Part shown: one piece after another, positions 47,839 to 60,106 of the stretch
How positions within the stretch are numbered: the first letter of the stretch is position 1
How the letters are laid out: each line of letters begins with the position of its first letter
Origin: Amphiscolops sp. MND2022
Lineage: Eukaryota
Reading direction: 5' to 3'
Length of the DNA: 64,000 nucleotides
Assembly: GCA_964187785.1 (NCBI GenBank)
Contig: OZ076409.1
Span: 17,300,001 to 17,364,000, forward strand
Notes under the pieces: model-generated
What the model saw: only the letters and a program-made list of their open reading frames with translations
Databases searched by the model: none
Told to the model about the DNA's origin: nothing
Translations under genes and position numbers: made by a program

Positions 47839-50800
47839 TTTCGCGTTTATGATTCATTTTCAAGTCATTTTATGGTGTCCTGAGAAACTATTGTCGTTGA
47901 AATATAAATTTTCAGGGAAAAAATCTTCCGAAAAGTCCGCTTGAGCCAACAACTTTTTCTGGTCAATTCTTCTGAGAAACAATCAATTATCACGTCAATA
48001 GTTGCCTTCGTAGAGTGCAAAAGCCTTTGTCTCTAGTTTTCTAAGACGAAATGATCTTGACAAAAAGAACGAATTGTTATATATAGTGCGTTGTTACGCA
48101 GTAGTGGGAGGGTTCTAAAATTTTGCTGAGTCCCGGATTCGACTCAGGGATGAAAGTCAGGAGGATAGTTTTTCACTGCGATACTATGCAAAAGATCGCA
48201 ATTTTGAAATTTTATATCAAGCTTACAATGCCAAAAAGATATTCGAAAGGCGCTTTTCACGTACTGGAAACATCCCAAATTTTGAAAGACATTTGCAGAT
48301 ATTTTTCTTCCGAAAAAGTTCTAGTGGCGAAACACCCAAAAGGAGATCCTTCCAGTTCGCATAACGGTCTTTCCCGGACGTAAACTTTAGAATGGAAGTG
48401 TGGTATTTTACCGAAAGAGAATTGGTTTGAACGTTTTGTTTTCAGTAAAAATCGGGGGTGAAAATGGATTTCCGTTTTTTAAAAAATGAGAAATCGATTA
48501 GTACCGAAAAAAATTTGTCATTTGCTACTTTTTTGCAAGTATAAATGTTTAGTGCGGGACTCGAACCTACGTACTCCAGCTTCTCAGGCCACCGTTATGA
48601 CCTTGCTATCCGTGTTAACCAATGGGCCAAAACGTGGGCCCACTTCCATTTAGAATAAAATGTGACCCATTCAAAATTTATAAAAGTGGGCGTTTCACAG
48701 CTGCCTTAAGAAAAACTAAGGGTTGTGCACTTTTTTCAAAAAGCGCTGACTAAACTCACAATTATTATATTGAAAAGCTTTCCCGTTCCCGCTTATCTTT
48801 TTCCTTAATCCGGATTAGAAATTGAAATGTAAGTTTAAAGAATACAATTTCGGTTACACAATAAAGAGACAATAAATGTTTGTTTCGCTGTTTTTCGTTG
48901 CTTTGATCTTTGTATTATCTATTCAATAAGGACCTTGAAAACGTTCATCGGTACTAAAATTGAATAGCATTTATTTTTTTAAATTAATTTGTTCACAACC
49001 ATATTCAATAGAATGGGAACGTTTTCTACTTTCACGTTCGATTATGTAACTTAGTTGATAATTCATACCCGTTTCATGAAAATGTGTACATTTAAGTTTC
49101 CACTTCCGGTGTAAGGTCAGTAAAAATATTCCTTCGTAACACTGTAGAATTATTACTACTGATTTAATGTTACGACATTAAAAATAGGACTTAACATTGA
49201 AAATAATTTGAAATACATTTTGTACTTCGAAAAGTTTTGTCGTACTTCAAAATCTTTGGGAACTTTTTACAAGTAACGTTGAATTGCCATTGTTCGTACT
49301 ACGAATTTCGTAGACAGATGCTGAAACTTAATGATAAGATTTGCATCGTATCAAAATTCGCAGTAATTATTGTCTACAAAGTTTAATTTGTTAGTTCATA
49401 AAAAACAGGTACTTCTGTTTTCAACTCAGTATTGTCGTGTAAAGTAAAATTGAATACACGTATCGTATTTGTGGCAGCCGGTATCAAATTTATTTATAGC
49501 GTTCTTATCGAGAGCTCTCTTTGTATAAAGTTCGTCCCTTCGTCGTATTACTAAGCAGGGAAATTTTGCTACTGATAATAAAACTTAGCAGCTGTAAACT
49601 TGTAGATTTACTCCTACTATTGATGAAATTTATAGGCCATGTGGGATTTTAAATTTGGGCGGATTTTTCTTTTACCTCACCAAAAGTGAAAAGGTACGTA
49701 ATAATTTCCATTGTTTTTTCTCGTTTTTACTGGGTTTTGTGTCATTCTGATCTAAAATTGATATTCAGTTGCTTGTATTATTCATTAGTTCAAATACTTT
49801 AGCAAGTTCTAATACATAATGGTTTTACGTTATGGACACAAATGAAGTCTAAGGAACAACGTTTAAAAGTGTTCCGGGTATAATGTCTAAAGCATGTTTA
49901 AAATTCAATGCCTCAAGATAGAGAATGAGCATACTCTGCTTCAAAAGTTATTCCCGTTTTGCATTCAGACGTTATTCCTGCATGCAGTTTAGTTTAGCGT
50001 GCGAGACTTTCCTAGACTTCAGCATTTGGGAACTGTCAGTATGCTCAAACTCCGAGTTGCGAAATAGACGAAGAACAAATATTGAGCTTTTGCCAACGAT
50101 TGTTAATTGCCGAAAACACGTTTGTTCTAAGAATCGTAGAGTTGTTTTTAAACTTTTTCATTTTAACGTCCTTTGTTAAAAAAAGTTTTTGCAACTCCAA
50201 GTACATGGTTTCAAGAGGACGAGGTACGCGGTTGTACGGTATGGGGTATTCGACACTGGAAAACGAACTCACCAAAGGGTCTTCCCTTTGGCCGTTTGAA
50301 TTCTTTTGGTTTGCCCTTTCGATTGTCAGAAGTATGAGATTTGTCAGAATTTTCTAGAGAACAGTCATATTTTCAAAAGTCTGCGGTTCCCGGTTTGTTA
50401 TCTTTTTTCTTTAATTGGATACAATATCTTCCGTTTATTTGGAAGTCAATAGTCTTTATTTTCTCATGAGCTTATGTTTTTTGAAACTGACAGATTTTAT
50501 GCCTGCTTGTTTTTCTTTGCAAACTAGATAGTTGAATTTCGCCAAAAGCTCTGAAATTTCATCATTGAATGCAAATCTGTGCTGTGCCATAATTTCAAAT
50601 CAGAATAAATAGATACATGTGGTAGATACCCAGTGGATACCTGCCTGTTCAGTAGCTGACCGTTTAGTAGAGCAACGCTCCTCAAGAAAAATATATAAAA
50701 GTTGCCACTCATCCAAATTTTATTGCAAGTTAATCAGGTTTTCGTTATGCGAGAGTCTTTGAGAGTCTGTTCCATTTCATGATCTGCCTTCTAGATGATG

Positions 50801-50942
50801 GTTGAATACTTTGATTTAAAATGCGATTTATTTTGATTATGGAATAAATGCGATTATTATTATCATGGTTGAAATTGACTTTTTTCCAGAGTAGTGATAG
50901 TTGGTGTTGACTGGCGGGTGTTGTTCCTCCTCCACCTGAAGA

Positions 50943-53054
50943 ATGTCTTCTCTGGATATGACGTCATCGTTTAGTTTGTCTCTCAACCTGGACAGGTCTT
51001 TTTTCACGTTTCTGCAAGGCCAGCAGCAGAAAGTGAACGATGGAGACAACAGCATGGACCTCTCTCGCTCCACTGGCCAGAACGGAACCTCCAAGCACAC
51101 GTTTTGTGAGGAGTTCCTGGTAGTCAGCAAGCTCATGGATAAGTGCATTGGGTCCATCAGTATCAAGATCAACAACATCGAAGCAACGTTAGTATACTTG
51201 TTTTGTCGCCACATTTTGTACGAAGTGTGCCCGACTATTGCAGTGACTAGTTTTTGAAAGTTTTTCCATAAGACTACAAAATGTATGCGACTTTTCAACA
51301 GAGTTTGTTCACGGCGCCAGTAGTTGGAATGCGCGCTTCGTAAGCAGACAACCGTCGGTTCAATGCCTGTGTACTCAATATCTTTGTTTGTGAATTTTGA
51401 CGTTCCCCTAATGTCCCCCTTTTGTATTTTTGGCACAGGGCGACTTTCAGAAAACCTTTTTCATCCGCTTTTTTGATGTTATCGTTAAGAGAAGAGTTTT
51501 TGGAGGACACAGGTTGCCCCTTCGGATACTTTTACCACTCTCAAAGTTATGAAAATTTCCTCTGAGGTTTTTAATGAGACTTTGCACGTTTTTAGCTTCA
51601 AGCGAGGCGCCGACTCCAGACAGTCCCGTCTTGTTCTTAACGTTTGATGTTTTTTGGGAATCGTTTTTTTTCAAGTTGAATCTGTTCTTCACTACTACAT
51701 GTCTTGATTGCTTTCAACACGTGATATAAGTATCATCGAAAACTTATGAATTTGAACTTTCTTCAGCTCGAAGAGCCATACAACCGTGCCAACTAATCAT
51801 CAAGCAAACTGTGTGGAAAAACATAGATTTTCTTCTCAGCCAACTCGCAATAACTGTGTCACAACTCAACCCATGATGCAATCACAGCCATATTCCAGTG
51901 CCACATTCACCCCATGTGCTCACGTCTCACAAAATTCTAGCATGATGAGGTCAACGGCCAATTTATCACAAGTTTCTCATTCGTACCCACCCGTCAAGAC
52001 TGCAACGCTGGGCGTGCCAATCACCAACAGGCCGCCTCTGCTTCCTAATGGGAACGGATCTTCCTTTGTTATGGAAAACACATCTACTAATCGTTACTGG
52101 AGCTCTCTGGGAACCCTCTCAAGTCCCCTCATCAGTGGTATTAAAGTTGAAAACGGAGGTGTGCAGAATCATTATGCAGGTGCTTACACTCCATCTACTC
52201 CTATAAGCACTCCTAAAGCTGAGCCTGGGCAATCTAATGGACCTTTCTTCACCTCTCCGGGGGCATTCAATAGAAGCCCAGGAAACAAAAACAACTTGAA
52301 TGGAAGGTGTCATTGGCCATATACGGCTTCTATACGCGGGGGTTTCATGAGTAGAGGTTCAAGGGGCAATTACGTGAAACGAGGACGTGGCTCGGCATTT
52401 GGAAAAGTTAATGGGGTCGAAGTTCCGAGAAATCCTTTCGGAGCAAACATAAGGAGCCGGGTTAGAGTTGCCAAAGTACCTCAACCCAGGGCCAACATCC
52501 CATGCACCTTATGCGACTTTTCTACCGCTTATTCCCACAGTCTAGATGTCCACATGAAATCTGTTCATTCAATGGAGAGACCGTTTTCTTGTGTTCTTTG
52601 TGACTACACTTGCAAGCTAAAAGGCAATCTTAAGAAGCATTACGTTGGAACCCACAAACTGGAAGTAGAACCGGCTGAGTCCTTACTGAAGCACAGTTCC
52701 AACAGTGAAAATGCGGTCCCGTCTCAAGTCAATGTTTTCAACGCCAAAACCATGGAAAACACGCCGATTCAGCCAGCCAATGAAGTTTCAGACGCTAAGC
52801 AACCAGAAGAACACGAGCCATCTCTAAGCGAGATCTATGACGCATACAACTCAGCTGAGTTTTCCGACTTCCTCGTCAACGACCAGGAGACTGCAGCAAC
52901 GGGTGCTACTCTGCAACATATGGCCACAACTGCACCAAACGAGGATCTGACCCTGGAAGCAACCGACTCGTCTCAGGAGATGTTGCCGGCCGACCTCTCT
53001 GTCCAAACTCTAAACTCAAACTTTGGCACTCTTGCTACTGTGCTCTCACCTTAA
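50943..53054 (+). CDS. C2H2 zinc-finger protein (two fingers), paralog of the gene at 25685
   Basis: Exons 50943-51187 and 51767-53054 (phase 2, GT-AG). Fingers CTLCDFSTAYSHSLDVHMKSVH and CVLCDYTCKLKGNLKKHYVGTH joined by an SMERPF linker. RG-rich stretch upstream of the fingers. Confidence 0.85.
51198..51635 (+). mobile_element. Family A HINE-like variant in the zinc-finger intron
   Basis: 5' ttttgtcgccac...gcccgactattgcagtgac and 3' gcgccgactccagacagtcccgtcttgtt. Interior similar to 19102-19573. Confidence 0.75.
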
Positions 53055-54066
53055 CGGAAACTAGGTGCTGCATTGAAATGGGTCAAATTTAGTATGCCAA
53101 AAACAAAACACAATCACAATGCTTTTTGAAAATGATTCGGAGTTCTTCACCTTTCAAATTCGAAGTGATATCTAAGTATAACCTATATAGAAAATTGTCC
53201 AATTCTTGGCGCCCGATACAAACATTTTGTACGAATACTCATGGTTAAAACATTGATTTTGTCGGTTTTTTCAACTGTAGATTACCCTTACCTTTAGTTT
53301 TTTGACCCTTTTGAGTTTGGTTATTGCAATATTATTTCGAGTTAATGTTAAATTTTCAGTTAGTTAATTTATTGCCATGAAACGTTTTCCTAACTTGAAT
53401 TTTCCCAAATTTTCTGTTGGGAGATACTTTTTTGAAAATAAAATTTCTGCTTTGTGGAGAGATGCTACTTTGAAGGAAATTGCCAATTCTCTGATTCTAT
53501 CGACGCAGGACGTCGCTAATTGCACATTGGTAAATTATTCCTTAGGTGCAGTTTGAATTGCTTGTTTCCTTCATAGTTTGCTTGCATTTCTTCAAAAATG
53601 CTGTAAAATTTTAATTCATTTGCAATCATACAATATGTTGAAATTTCTATAGTTGTTTGCTTGTTATGAAAAATTCTATTGAGTTCATCGTTGAATATGT
53701 TCTATGAATCTTGGAACGATTTCTATTTAAAGTAAATAGTGTTTTTTCTTCCTTTGCTTCATTTTTTAAAGGAACTTGAGTGTTATAGACCTAAGGCAAT
53801 TGGAGCAATATAATACTTTTTAAAACAAATACAGTAGATCCTCCCTTTAATGAACGCCCGGGACAAATGTTTGAAAAGAGTTCATGAAATCGACTTTCAG
53901 AATTCAACCAAAACATTGAATATTTTCAACTGCTTCAAAGTGTCCAATATTTCATACGCAGCCAATTCCTTGAGTGATTTAAAGATACTGCTATGTAATG
54001 CTACTGTAATGCTATGTAATTTTTCGATTGATTTGATTGCTTCTGCATTTGTAACTGTAGATGATA

Positions 54067-54237
54067 CACTCAACTCCGTTTATAACGAGTGTTTTTTAAC
54101 GATATTCCGGTTATAGCGATAGTTCCACGGTCCCGGCCACGATGCTAGTATATAACAATTTTCGTCTAGAACGATATTCGGATATAACGATTAAGAAACG
54201 CCGGTCCCCGGGCAATCGTTATAAGCGGAGTTGAGTG
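54067..54237. mobile_element. MITE, Tc1/mariner-pogo type (171 bp)
   Basis: 22-bp terminal inverted repeats cactcaactccg(t/c)ttataacga (21/22 match) with TA on both flanks. Confidence 0.85.
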
Positions 54238-55598
54238 TAATTTCATCTTCAGATTTATTTTCGTCCACAAATGAATCATCAGCTTTCGATACAGATTCAA
54301 TTATTGGAGTTTCGTCCAAAACCAGAATCAATCAAGTCACGTTGCTTGCAGCCATTGTATTTTTTCACCGAACGTGGCGTTTGCTGCTTACGCCTGAATT
54401 ATATCTGCTAGGTCTAGTAGAACGTTGGCTTCCGAATCAAAATTGTGTATTGTGGGCCAAGTTTTATTCCACGATCGAATCAAATTAGTGGCAAATTTTT
54501 TCATGGCTTTTAAATCTAGATTGGATCAAACGGGCCCCTTTGGGTTTTTTCTACGCTGTGCGACCTTCGATCTTTTCATAATTTTCCAGGAGGTCCTCTT
54601 TCTATTCTTCCACATTTTCAACGAATTTTTCCGTGTCGGTGCCGCGCTCGAAGTTCAAACAGTAAATTGTTATAACTATGCTTAGGGACATTATCGTGAA
54701 ACTTTTCATCAAATTTACAGTGCCATAAGATTCGAAAACCTCTTTCCATAACTCGAAACAATAAAGTCCCTATTTTTGAAACAATGTCGAAATTTTTCCT
54801 CTCTTAAAAAGTCTCATAGTGTCGAAAACCCGAGAAGATCCTTCAAGTTCGCCAGCTGAAAATTTCGCGAAAAGGGAAGATTCTACCCTCTAACCAAATA
54901 AAAATTTTTCGAGAAAAAGTCACAGTGCCGAAAAAACCGTAGGTTTTTTCTCCGCAATTTTTGAGGAAACTCTCATCAGTCCCAAAGGATCAAAATTAAT
55001 CATCCTTAAGATGCATAAGATGCATCCTTAAGACTCGGAAAATGTTTTTTTTTTAACTGAAAACCTCAAAAGCCAAAAAATTGAAAAAAAAACATTTTCT
55101 AAAAATTTCTAATCTTTTCAATTTTTTCGAAATGTCTTAGTGCTGAACAACGCTTGCTAGCAATGTTCGCTAAAAATCCTAGGGGGCTTCGGTAATTGAA
55201 CTATCTGAAAAAGTGTCGCATAGGATCGAAAAAACCTAAAGCATAAACAATTTTGTCATTCCTCTACCTTTGCAAGCAAAAAAATGGTTTTATGCAGGAC
55301 TCGAACACAGGCCTGAAAGTATGTGTTACCCCCTACCGTGCGAGGCGAAACTATGTTGGTCTGCAACGGGAATGATGGCCCGTAGTCCAGAGAGACAATT
55401 TTATAACTGAAAGATGAGAGTGCCGAATCGCTGCAAGCTGCAGAGCCTCCTTGCAGTGTCATTAACGGTCCCCGTATATATAAATAGTCAAAAACCTGAT
55501 CAAGTGGAGGACCGATTTACAAAGCAAAACACCAAAATTTATTGAAAAGGTCAAAAAACTGACGTTCAGGATATGCACCCACGTGGGATTGTCATAAT

Positions 55599-55890
55599 TC
55601 ACGACAGCCTTCCCTCCTGCACTGTTGCCGCAATGGAAGACTCAACATGGTCTATTTGACGCTTAAGGGCGCGACATCCTCTCAGGCATAGTACCGAGCT
55701 CCGTAGAAGTGCAAGGCTGATTTTTGTACGAATGAAGCTAATTGCGTCGGAATAGCTGTCATGTCCCTTCTCAGAGATTTTCAACGCTAGTCTTGACATA
55801 GCTGTCGAAGCCGAAGGCCCTGCTCCACCAATGCAGGCAAAAACTAGCGAGCGGGTTGAAGGTGCTGTGTTCCACGTCTATGATTCTATT
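55599..55890 (-). mobile_element. 3'-terminal fragment of an RLE-type non-LTR retrotransposon (CRE-like)
   Basis: Frameshifted IIDVEHSTFNPL ... MSRLALKISEK...YSDAISFIRTKISLALLRSSVLCLRGCR, which resembles the C-terminus of CRE-clade ORFs (recognised from memory, not searched). Confidence 0.7.
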
Positions 55891-56398
55891 TGAAATTACA
55901 AACGTTAGAAGTATTAATTTTGCCATCAAAATTGAAAGAGAAAATGGCAAAATAATCAATGTGACGTTTGGTTGTTTTGAATTTCTTTGAAAGGCATTTT
56001 CTTTATAAAATCCAAATGCTACAGGAAAAAAGACATTTTAAAAAAGTTGTTGAAATGTTTGATTGTCACGAGATTCTGTGAATTTAGACATTTTTTATGT
56101 CTAAGAAAGATTCTATTTTTTGCTTCACTGATAAGGCCAAATGAACTTTTAGATTGGAGCCGAATCATGGCGTAGGAGCTGAGAATTTTATTTTCAACCT
56201 CTCAAATTTTTGGACTTAATTCCGTTTTTATTGTTTGTTAACGCCGGTGAAAACCGTTGCCAGAATTTTCACTGTGAAATATCCGTATTTCATCGTGGTT
56301 GTGCATGATGAACATCTCCATTGTTGTTAATTTTCTATTGGTAGAAATTGGTTCTAATCAACGTTGTTTTTACCTGTTTTCATATTTTCTTCAGGTTT

Positions 56399-59300
56399 AT
56401 GCAATTTGGATCGCCGGCGAAGTTGTATGCTGTAGCTCTTGCCCAATCATCTGGCGTAGCCTCGCCCGACTCACCAGAAAAGCGCCGAATCAGGATGATG
56501 GGGAGAATGGAAGATTCACAAAATGATTCCACCATAAACCTCTTGGAAGGAGGAAGGCTAGACGACAGTTTAGACGAACATAATTTAACGAATCCATCGG
56601 GCGAAGGAAGCTCAAGGGACAATCAGAATTCCTACAGAGATGCTGAAAAAACGCAAACTGTCAATTCTCCGCGAGTAGCTTATGGTGCACGGTTCATATC
56701 CTCTATCCTTTTGCCTGAGTCCAAGTTCTCAGTATCCACTAGAACTCTTTACTTCAAGTTGTTCATATTGGCCCTTACATTTGTAACTTACTGCAGTTTC
56801 CATATATCACGCAAGCCCATAAGTGTAGTCAAGACAGTTTTGGAGCCTCCAGAAGACAAAAGTTCCTCTAAAACCGGTTGGGCGCCTTTCGATAATGATG
56901 ACTACAAAACTCTTTTTGCAGGATTAGATGCTGCTTTTTTGTTTGCTTATGCAATCGGCATGTTTTTCAGCGGCCATCTCGCCGAGCGATTCGACCTTCG
57001 TTACTTCATATTTTGCGGGGCGTCTTCCAGTGCTATTTTCACTGCCTTATTTGGAGCTGGATACTATTTGAACATCCATTCATATGTATTCTTCTTTTTC
57101 GTTCAACTAATCGGAGGTATTCTTCAAAGTTCTGCATGGCCAGCGGTCGTCACATGTCTCAGCAACTGGTATGGAAAGGGCAACCGAGGTCTTTTAATGG
57201 GCATTTGGACTTCCCATACCTCTTTGGGCAATATTTTGGGATCTATACTAGCTGGAATTTGGGTGGAACAAGCCTGGGGCTTATCCTTCATCGTACCGGG
57301 TACAATTCTGGGCGTGGTTGCAATCCTGAATCTTCTTTTCCTCATACCGTTCCCAGAATATGTGGGCTGTGATGATCCCATGGTTTTGAGAAATGGTAAA
57401 GAGACACCTCCATTGTCTCGGAGATCAAGAGCTGTAGCGATCCGAGATGACGATGATGATTTGTCAGAAGAATTGTTGCCTTCAGAGGAAGAAATCGGAG
57501 GTTTTGTTGACTTGTTTTACTATCCATAATTTAGTTTGTACCCAAGTCTCAAGGAACATACATAGGTCTCTCAAATATTTCATAATAGCAATCAGAAAGG
57601 AAATTGGGTTTTGTTGAATTCAACGCCCCATTTTTAGTATGCACTTCAAGAAGTAAAACGCGACTATAATTGTGGCATTTTTTTCGACCCACACGAACTG
57701 ACCAAAAAATTTCTACCAAAAGTTCTAAAAATTTTAAGGGGCTAAATTGTATCTTGGCCCAGGGAACTGAACTATAATAGTAACAGTTTCTGATATGGAC
57801 AAAATATTGTGCTATATCTAAAACTTCTGCATTACATCCGAAATTAATTGTGTACTTAATTTTTGGTACTGTGAAATTGAGAATTCATTCAAAAGAGAAT
57901 CCTTGACGCTTTGAAGTGTTTGCTCTTAACTCTAATTGACTTGGGCGTTTTTGCAAATTTTCAAAAAATTTGAATAAAATTTTTTTAAAAAATTAGCATC
58001 TCCACAACTACGCGTACCAGAGAAACGAATTATAGCGCGTTTGAAAGGTCTGTTATTGGGCTTTCATTTTGGCCAGGTGAGCCCCTGTCGCCGCGCGCCC
58101 CATTCTCCAGAATTTTAGTTTTTTTCGGTATCACCGCATCGCGACCATTCCGCATTCGTGCGGCTCACTGCGCGGGATTTCCAGAAACAACCGGATATTA
58201 TTCGGGTTTGTTGCACAAGGACTTGTCGTGAAAGGTTAAGGGGTTGCTTTTTTCTATTGGTCAAAGACTTTTGAGAAAACTGGATTTCGCCAAAAACTGA
58301 ATTTTGGAAAAGTATCACCATTTTTTGTGCAACAGAAAACATTTTCCCCAGATTTGGAGACATTCACTTTCTCTAATGCTTGTGCCATTCAAATCAATCT
58401 AGGTACCAATGAACGGTTGAAACAAAAATGTGCTAGAGAATATGGGCAAAAGGAAACAAAAATTGAAAAAACGGTACGCTGCTTTAAAGTACCACTAAGT
58501 TAATTAGGGTTAAGCGGGGCACCAACTTATGCCGATCCCGGCTTGTTCAATTACTGTTGAGCAGCAATAGTTTTATGTGGTTTTCAAGGAAGATAATAAT
58601 AACCCACAGGGAAAGACCTCTGTTGGTCGTCATCCACATCCCCCATTCAGTTTTTTTTCGCTGAATATTTCACAATCTAGTCTCATCGCACGTAATCAAG
58701 ATACATATATCAGAGGTTTTTGTGTTGTAGGCTTAATGTTGATAATGGGGAGTATGTCAGTAAAATAGAGACCTTTATTTACTCATCTTACCGTTTTCAG
58801 AGAGTTCCTACAACATTCAAGAAGATAGGTTATCCAGTGTTGTTCTATCCGGTAGCACAGCTTCGAACCCCCCTGTTTCGTTTTCCCGTGCTCTGGCCAT
58901 TCCGGGCGTGGTGGAATATTCTTCGTGTCTGTTCTTCAACAAACTAGTCAGCTACACCTTCCTCTACTGGCTTCCAGTCTACATCCAGCACACCACAGAT
59001 GACACCCCCAAGGAGAGTGCTTTCCTCTCCACTCTGTTTGACGTGGGAGGAATCATCGGATGTATCGTGGCTGGTAGGTACCATCTAATTATTGCAACTT
59101 GAATTACTTGTTCGCCGAACAACTTCATGGGTTTGAAATGTTTCTTCTTTGACATTCAATGTTTTCTTATTCCCGGGTTTTACAGCTTTTGTCACTTCTT
59201 TGCATGTTCTTCAATGAAATCTTTTGATTAGATGCCTGAACTATTTTAATATTTTCTCCGATTTCATCAAGAACATTATTTTAAGAACATTCAATGTCTT

Positions 59301-60106
59301 CTATATCTAACTCTCCAATTATTGCTATTTGAAGGTGCCATAACGGACTATACTGGAGAGAGGGCCACTTTCTGTGCTATAATGTTGACCGCTTCTGTTC
59401 CGTGTCTCTATCTGTACTTGCTGTATGGAAATGTATTTCCCATGTCTCTCCTCTTTGTGAGTGGAATCTTCGTCAATGGACCTTATGGGCTCATCACAAC
59501 TGCGGTTGCTGCTGATTTGGGTTGGTCATATTCTGGTTTACTCGAAGGATTATGGGCATATTTGTGAAAGCAAGGGCACGAGAAAGGCACAATTATATAT
59601 CAAAGTAGGACCGGGGAAAAGAGCTACTCAGCTCGCCTTGCGGTTTAATTGAAACTTTTTTGAACCATGGTAATCTATGAAGTTGCAGGAATCATTTACA
59701 AAACACTCAGAAGTATCGAGAAAGCCAAGTAGAAGTTTGCGACATGAAGCAATAAAGGTTCTTACCTTCTGATCAAGTAGATAGACTTTGAAATCCGTAA
59801 CATTGGCTAGGCTATGTGCTCTAGGTTTTGCTTCATGAAATGTATGATTGTTTGTGACTCCCCAAAACGTATGTTTCAGGAACGCACCCCAGCATAGGTG
59901 GCAGCTCACGTGCGTTGGCCACTGTGTCTGCCATAATAGACGGCACCGGGTCCATCGGGGCTGCTCTGGGACCTCTGCTGGCCGGGGTCATCAGCAAGTT
60001 CGCTGGCTGGGGCAGTGTCATATACGTACTCATAGGGGCCGAAGTACTCGCCCTCATATTCCTATTCAGTCAGATCTCACAGAGAAGATGTAATAATAAC
60101 AGATAA
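56399..60106 (+). CDS. SLC37A2: SLC37-family sugar-phosphate/phosphate exchanger (SLC37A1/A2-like, MFS)
   Basis: Exons 56399-57500, 58801-59073, 59335-59520, 59880-60106, phase-consistent. Motifs HISRKPISVVK, GWAPF, FAYAIGMFFSG, WPAVV..NWYGKGNRGLLMGIWTSHTSLGNILGS, IPGVVEYS.CLFF.KLVSYTFLYWLP, NGPYGLITTAVAADLGTH, ALATVSAIIDGTGSIGAALGP. A1 versus A2 orthology is not resolvable here. Confidence 0.92.

Noticed and set aside
50837..51436. 199-aa minus-strand ORF
   Set aside because: It spans a HINE copy and the antisense of ZF2 exon 1, so it is a chimeric chance frame.
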